A DNA stretch of 32,000 nucleotides from Pyrodictium abyssi (GTDB lineage: Archaea; Thermoproteota; Thermoprotei_A; Sulfolobales; Pyrodictiaceae). Position 1 is the first letter of the stretch; the number at the start of each line of letters is the position of its first letter. The position numbers and the translations under genes are program-made. This document shows positions 27,431 through 32,000 of the stretch, in pieces. The notes under the pieces were generated by a model. That model made no database searches. It had not been told where the DNA came from and worked only from the letters and a program-made list of their open reading frames with translations. The DNA lies in assembly GCF_036323395.1 (NCBI RefSeq), contig NZ_AP028907.1, positions 30,001-62,000 on the forward strand. Reading direction: 5' to 3'.

Positions 27431-27472
27431 GCGTATCGTGTTACGCGTATCCTGGTACGCGTATCTTGTTAC
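27431..27472. repeat. Three tandem 14-bp repeats GCGTATCNTGKTAC
   Basis: gcgtatcgtgttac | gcgtatcctggtac | gcgtatcttgttac, immediately 5' of and overlapping the ATPase ORF start. Confidence 0.85.
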
Positions 27473-28893
27473 GAATACCCTTCGTGGACCGTGTACGCGA
27501 GCTACAGATGCTCGAGAACGAGTACCGGAGGCCCAGCTTCAGCCTAGTAGTGGTCTACGGCCGCCGCCGAGTAGGCAAGACGCGGCTACTGCGCGAGTGG
27601 CTCCACGGGAAGCCCGGAGTCTACTACGTGGCCGCCGAGCTGCCCTACGAGAGCCTCGCCCGCGAGTTCTCAGAGGCTGTCGGCCGGCAGCTAGGGCTCT
27701 ACGTGACCCCCAGCGACGTCGTGGCGGCGCTGGAGCAGCTAGCCTCCCGGCGTGAGAGGGTAGTCGTCGTCCTGGACGAGTTCCAGTACCTAGTGGAGGC
27801 CGAGCCCTCGCTGCCAAGCCGGCTCATGAGGAGCATAGACAGCGTGCTTGCTGAGAGCGAGCTAAAGCTCGTGCTATCCGGCTCAGCTGTCTCCTTCTTC
27901 GAGAAGCGGCTGCTCGGCTACAGGGCGCCGCTACACGGCCGGCGCACAGGGCAGCTAAGGCTACGGCCTATGAGGATGCTTGAAGCCTGGGGGTTCACAC
28001 CAAAGCTCGGCCCCGTGGACGCTCTACGCGTGTACACGGTAGCCGGGGGTACACCGGCGTACCTGGCACACGTCTACGGCGTAGCCTCCGTGCGCGAGGC
28101 CCTGGAGAGGATACTGGTGCCCGGGTCCCCGCTCCTCGAGGAGGCTCTCTCAGTACTACGCCAGGAGCTAAGGGAGCCAGGCACCTATGCCCGGCTGCTC
28201 GCAGCTGTAGCTGCAGGGTACACCGAGCCCGCCAAGGCCGCGCAGAAGGCGGGAATCGACCCCCGGAACGTGCACCACTACGTAGAGGTGCTCGAAGAGC
28301 TCGACATCCTGGAGAGGGTGCAGCCCCTAGGCCGTAGGCGGGGTGCCCGTCTCCGGTTCCGGGATAGCTACTTCCAGTTCTATTTCGGCGTGCTCGTGGG
28401 CCTCCAGAGCCTCGTTGAGGCCGGCTACACCGGGGAGGCGGTAGAGGAGGCGCTGAGGAGGCTAGACGACTACGCTGCCCGTGTGTTCGAGCGCTGGGTG
28501 GAGGAGAGCCTGCCAGAGCTTTACCGCTCTGGGGCTGTGCCCGTGAAGCCTGTCGAGCACGGGCCCTGGTGGCACCGGGGCATGGAGATAGACCTGGTCG
28601 TGAGGGAGCCGGAGCGCCGGGCTGCATTTGTCGAGGCGAAGTGGAGCAGACTCAGCCTACGAGACGTTAAGAGGCTTGTAGCCGACCTTGAGGCTAAGGC
28701 GCGTAGAACGGGGCTCCAGGAGCCCGAAAACACCTACATAGTAGTGGCGAGGGAGCTCGTAGACGCTCATGGGCCCATTACAAGCCTTGACGAAGCTAGG
28801 GTGGCTGTAGACTTTTCACGCCTAGCCCCGGTCCTTCGCCGACTCCTCGACGCGGACGGGGAGGGGGGCCGAGTCCCTGATGTGCAGGTCTAG
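27466..28893 (+). CDS. Archaeal ATPase (ATPase_2) with DUF234 C-terminal domain
   Basis: VVYGRRRVGKTRLLREWL, VVVLDEFQYLVEAEPSLPSRLMRSID, LVLSGSAVSFFEK, C-term EIDLVV...AFVEAKWS. Confidence 0.9.
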   Translation: MLRIPFVDRVRELQMLENEYRRPSFSLVVVYGRRRVGKTRLLREWLHGKPGVYYVAAELPYESLAREFSEAVGRQLGLYVTPSDVVAALEQLASRRERVVVVLDEFQYLVEAEPSLPSRLMRSIDSVLAESELKLVLSGSAVSFFEKRLLGYRAPLHGRRTGQLRLRPMRMLEAWGFTPKLGPVDALRVYTVAGGTPAYLAHVYGVASVREALERILVPGSPLLEEALSVLRQELREPGTYARLLAAVAAGYTEPAKAAQKAGIDPRNVHHYVEVLEELDILERVQPLGRRRGARLRFRDSYFQFYFGVLVGLQSLVEAGYTGEAVEEALRRLDDYAARVFERWVEESLPELYRSGAVPVKPVEHGPWWHRGMEIDLVVREPERRAAFVEAKWSRLSLRDVKRLVADLEAKARRTGLQEPENTYIVVARELVDAHGPITSLDEARVAVDFSRLAPVLRRLLDADGEGGRVPDVQV

Positions 28894-29679
28894 CTGCGGG
28901 AACGGTATCTCTATCCCGGCCTCCTCTAGCTTCTTCTTGGCCATGGTCTGTAGCTCCACCTTGGTCTTGAACCATACCTGTGGCGGCGCCCAGCAGCGGG
29001 CCGCGAGCACCACAGCCGAGTCCGAGTAGTCGACAACGAAGACCTCTGGGGCCGGGTTGACGAGGCAGTAGGGGTGCTCCTCCATCATCTCCCGGAGGAC
29101 CTGCATCGCCTTCTCGAGGTCACTACGGTAGTGTATGCCTATCCGCAGCTCGACGCGGCGTGCCCGGGTACGCTGGTAGTTGGTTATCAGGGCGTTGAAC
29201 ACTGTGGAGTTCGGGATCCTGACTATGTAGCCGTCCCACGTCCTGACGCGCGTCGAGAGTATGCTAATGTCCACAACGACTCCGCTCACGTTCTCGACTG
29301 TCACCGGGTCGCCTATCCGGAGGGGCTGCTCTACTAGCAGGAATATGCCGCTGATGAGGTTTGACACCGTCTGCTGCGAGGCGAGACCGACCACGAGGCC
29401 TGCGAAGCCGCCGGCTACCAGTAGGCCTGAGAGGCTTATCCCGAACGGCGAGAGCGCGGAGACCACGCCTAGTACGAGGACGCCGTAGAACACCATGTTC
29501 TCCATAGGCTTGTAGACGTATGTGGGTAGCCGGGGCTGCAGGCTCCTCCTCATGAACTGCCTGACAAGCAGTGCTACAAGGACGCTGGCTACGATAACCG
29601 CTGCTGCTAGCGCTATGTCGCTAGCCATAGCCTCCCAGCCGCCGGGGAGGCTTATGGTCGTGTTAGAGGCGGATACCAC
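28822..29679 (-). CDS. Small-conductance mechanosensitive channel (MscS family)
   Basis: GLLVAGGFAGLVVGLASQQTVSNLISGIFLLVEQPLRIGDPVTVENVSGVVVDISILSTRVRTWDGYIVRIPNSTVFNALITNY. Confidence 0.96.
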   Translation of the reverse strand: MVSASNTTISLPGGWEAMASDIALAAAVIVASVLVALLVRQFMRRSLQPRLPTYVYKPMENMVFYGVLVLGVVSALSPFGISLSGLLVAGGFAGLVVGLASQQTVSNLISGIFLLVEQPLRIGDPVTVENVSGVVVDISILSTRVRTWDGYIVRIPNSTVFNALITNYQRTRARRVELRIGIHYRSDLEKAMQVLREMMEEHPYCLVNPAPEVFVVDYSDSAVVLAARCWAPPQVWFKTKVELQTMAKKKLEEAGIEIPFPQLDLHIRDSAPLPVRVEESAKDRG

Positions 29680-29686
29680 GGCGTTC

Positions 29687-30463
29687 TCACGCCCCCTCCA
29701 GCGTTATCACGAATACCTGTGGCAGCAGCCCGCCGGCGCGTAGACGTGCGCGTCTAGCCTCTCTCAGCCCCTCTAGAGGCGGTCTCTGGGTCGCCCTAAC
29801 CGCTAGCCGTAGCTGGTCCAACTCAGCCTCGATCTCCGGGTAGTAGACTACACTGCCGTCGGTGAACAGGGGGACGCCTGAGGCATAGAAGCCTATGCCC
29901 GGTACCCGGCCGGGTGAGCCACGGAACATTATGGGGAGCAGCCCTACGCCGCCGCCGGCTGTTAGCTCGCTACGGCTAGCAGCCACCATGGAGCGGTGGT
30001 GGCGGCAAACCACTCCGTCTACTATGTCGCCGATGAGCGTGTATTTTACGCGGAGCGGTGAGAGGTAGCCGAGCACGATACCGTCTACGTGAACCATGAA
30101 CTCGTAGGGTGCTGTAGCCCAGAAGCTACTACGCCCGCCCGGGACCACTAGCTGCTCCTCGAACTCTATGTAGAGGCAGTTGGATACCCGGGAGGGGGCG
30201 TTGAGCGAGGGCACCGGGTCCAGCATGACGCTGCTGCCACGGGGCACCCGTGCCCTTATGCAGTTGTAGTCGTCGCACGCCTCGAGCGAGCCCTCCTCGC
30301 TGAGACGCGCCCTTATCCTCCCATAGGTCAGCTCGCCGCCAGGCTCTAGTATGAGCCTGGCACCCGGCGGCGCTTCATCCCTCAAGCTGGTGCCCCTTCT
30401 AGACCCAGGGCCGCCGGCTATATAGCCGCCTCTGACCACTCTCCGTACGCTAGACAGTACCAT
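29687..30463 (-). CDS. DUF432-like protein
   Basis: LYIEFEEQLVVPGGRSSFWATAPYEFMVHVDG...PLRVKYTLIGDIVDGVVCRHHRS; sits immediately upstream of mscS. Confidence 0.65.
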   Translation of the reverse strand: MVLSSVRRVVRGGYIAGGPGSRRGTSLRDEAPPGARLILEPGGELTYGRIRARLSEEGSLEACDDYNCIRARVPRGSSVMLDPVPSLNAPSRVSNCLYIEFEEQLVVPGGRSSFWATAPYEFMVHVDGIVLGYLSPLRVKYTLIGDIVDGVVCRHHRSMVAASRSELTAGGGVGLLPIMFRGSPGRVPGIGFYASGVPLFTDGSVVYYPEIEAELDQLRLAVRATQRPPLEGLREARRARLRAGGLLPQVFVITLEGA

Positions 30464-30614
30464 TGCCTCTATACTCCCTCCGAAACGACGGCGGCGCCCT
30501 GTATAGCTGCACGCCTCCCTGCACCACTAGGTGGGCCGCGCCGCTGGAACCAGGCTAATATACGCTAATGACGCTCCAGCAGGGCAGGAGCACAATCCCG
30601 AGGGGCCGCGGAAG

Positions 30615-31166
30615 ATGCAGCAGGGGCCACGCAGCACGGCAGCGCCTGCATTCGGGCTACGCGAAGCCGGGCCGCTCGGCGTGATAGGAGCCGCGGGGCT
30701 CGCCGTGAGCGCTGCTGGCAACACGTTGTCGGGCAGCGCTATGGGTGCTGCTACCCTTGGCTGGCTCTTCACCAGCCTGGCAAGCGACGCGCTCGCGCAC
30801 CGCCTGGGAGAGCGCCGTATACTGTACATGATGGCTGCATCGGGGCTTCTCTGGCTAGCCGGGATGGCGGCTCTACGGGTGGCTGTAAAGAGCCCAGGGC
30901 CCAGCGCCTTAGCGGCCGCGCTACTGCTGGTAGCCGTCTCCGGCGTTACACGGTCCCGCGCCATAGCCGCGTCGAGCATACTAGCCGAGCGAGCCTCCAC
31001 CGTAGCCTCGCTAGCATGGCTTGTCTCCGGGCTACTGGGCCCGATGCTGCTGCTAGCCTACCACATAGCTGCGTCAAAGACCCTGCTAGCCGCCACGGCA
31101 CTCGTCCTCTCGGCCGGCCCCCTAGCCGAGGAGCTATTCTGGGCCAAGACGAGCCTTCAACGCTAA
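30615..31166 (+). CDS. Hypothetical membrane protein
   Basis: Hydrophobic ORF with several TM stretches; start at ATG MQQGPRS or upstream GTG/ATG. Confidence 0.55.
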   Translation: MQQGPRSTAAPAFGLREAGPLGVIGAAGLAVSAAGNTLSGSAMGAATLGWLFTSLASDALAHRLGERRILYMMAASGLLWLAGMAALRVAVKSPGPSALAAALLLVAVSGVTRSRAIAASSILAERASTVASLAWLVSGLLGPMLLLAYHIAASKTLLAATALVLSAGPLAEELFWAKTSLQR

Positions 31167-31195
31167 CAGCGTCCTCTCCGCCAGCCAGTAGCACC

Positions 31196-31693
31196 CTAGC
31201 TGGGCTCATTGCGGCCCAGAGACGCACGGAATATGTTATCACGCACTTGCTCTAGCAGGGATGCAGCCTGGCCAAGGAATACCTCAAGCTTATCCGAGAG
31301 CCAGCAGGTTTCAGACTGGAGACGCTCTCTAACCGCCCTCAGCCTCTGGAGGGCGGAGTCTATGTAGCCGAGCGCCACTTCACTGTCGCCGGATGCCAGA
31401 GCTTTTCTAGCGCGGGCCACTAGCTCCCTTAGGGATGCTAGCTCCTCTGCAATACCCTCCTCTGCTAGGACTGCCATCCTCCAGGCTGTGGAGATAAGCG
31501 AGTATACTAGCGATAACGCACCCTTCCCACGCGGCATGGGTACCCGCCCGGGGGCGCGGACAATCCAGTTCACCTGCCAGCATGACGTGGTAGTGTAGTA
31601 GCGTAGGGTGCCGCGGCTCCGCCAGGCTGCACATAGGAGCCGAGCCTTAACCCTCCCCCACAGGAGCGTAGGGCCCCGTACAAAACCGTTCAT
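31196..31693 (-). CDS. Hypothetical helical protein
   Basis: EEGIAEELASLRELVARARKALASGDSEVALGYIDSALQRLRAVRERLQSE; likely internal start at MPRGKGALSL. Confidence 0.5.
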   Translation of the reverse strand: MNGFVRGPTLLWGRVKARLLCAAWRSRGTLRYYTTTSCWQVNWIVRAPGRVPMPRGKGALSLVYSLISTAWRMAVLAEEGIAEELASLRELVARARKALASGDSEVALGYIDSALQRLRAVRERLQSETCWLSDKLEVFLGQAASLLEQVRDNIFRASLGRNEPS

Positions 31694-31723
31694 GAGGCAT
31701 CCTGGGGCAGGCCCTACTCTGGT

Positions 31724-31969
31724 CTAGTCTTCTCCGCCACTCACATGTATGAGCAGAAGCACAAGCAGCAAGAAGGCTAGGGTACGCTGCGAGTGTATCA
31801 TCCGCGCCACCAGCTTAGCTCTACGGCTACGGTAGTACCTCATCACCATCCCGCTGATAGCGAGCAACAGTATTAGCGCCACAGCCCCGTACTCTCCCAG
31901 GCCAGCCCTGTCCATGAACGTGAACCCGTGCCAAAGAGCTGATATAGTCAACACCATGTTGCCGTCCAT
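31724..31969 (-). CDS. Small two-TM protein with His residues
   Basis: MDGNMVLTISALWHGFTFMDRAGLGEYGAVALILLLAISGMVMRYYRSRR...LLLVLLLIHVSGGED. Confidence 0.55.
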   Translation of the reverse strand: MDGNMVLTISALWHGFTFMDRAGLGEYGAVALILLLAISGMVMRYYRSRRAKLVARMIHSQRTLAFLLLVLLLIHVSGGED

Positions 31970-32000
31970 GTGGAGCTCTAGCGCAAGCCTCTGCAGCCCT

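Noticed and set aside
27431-27472. CRISPR-like array
   Set aside because: Units are 14 bp directly adjoining with no spacers, and no cas genes are visible.
27995-28627. 210-aa minus-strand ORF inside the ATPase gene
   Set aside because: Arg/Pro/Ser-rich antisense shadow ORF; the plus strand encodes clear Walker motifs.

Overview
High-GC crenarchaeal chromosomal window, probably Pyrodictium or a close relative. That placement rests on two genes encoding proteins that closely resemble the Pyrodictium abyssi cannula (extracellular tubule) subunits CanA/B/C (7826-8362 + and 13459-13998 -). The two paralogs are inverted about 5.1 kb apart. They share near-identical 5' and 3' coding blocks, a motif near the predicted transcription start, and a terminator-like T5ACTTC motif at the same distance after the stop. 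Other well supported genes: AOR-family tungsten oxidoreductase, PPP-family phosphatase, VapBC, FAD-dependent NADH dehydrogenase, MBL hydrolase, EamA transporter, glycerate 2-kinase, peroxiredoxin, a His-rich polytopic membrane protein, UPF0200 kinase-like ATPase, MFS transporter, short hybrid cluster protein (Hcp) with a divergent HTH protein, DHH phosphoesterase, archaeal ATPase/DUF234 protein, and an MscS-DUF432 pair. Several genes are broken by single-base frameshifts or stops (RelE remnant, Zn-alcohol dehydrogenase, DUF3800-like, radical SAM, MFS transporter). These are either real decay or indel errors. Candidate regulatory elements not explained by the ORFs: a dyad over the hcp promoter, a dyad before the peroxiredoxin TATA box, three tandem 14-bp repeats at the start of the ATPase gene, a 17-nt leader shared by one cannula gene and the peroxiredoxin gene, and a strong GC-rich hairpin. 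I found no CRISPR array, rRNA or convincing tRNA. No database search was possible, so all family names come from recognised sequence motifs.
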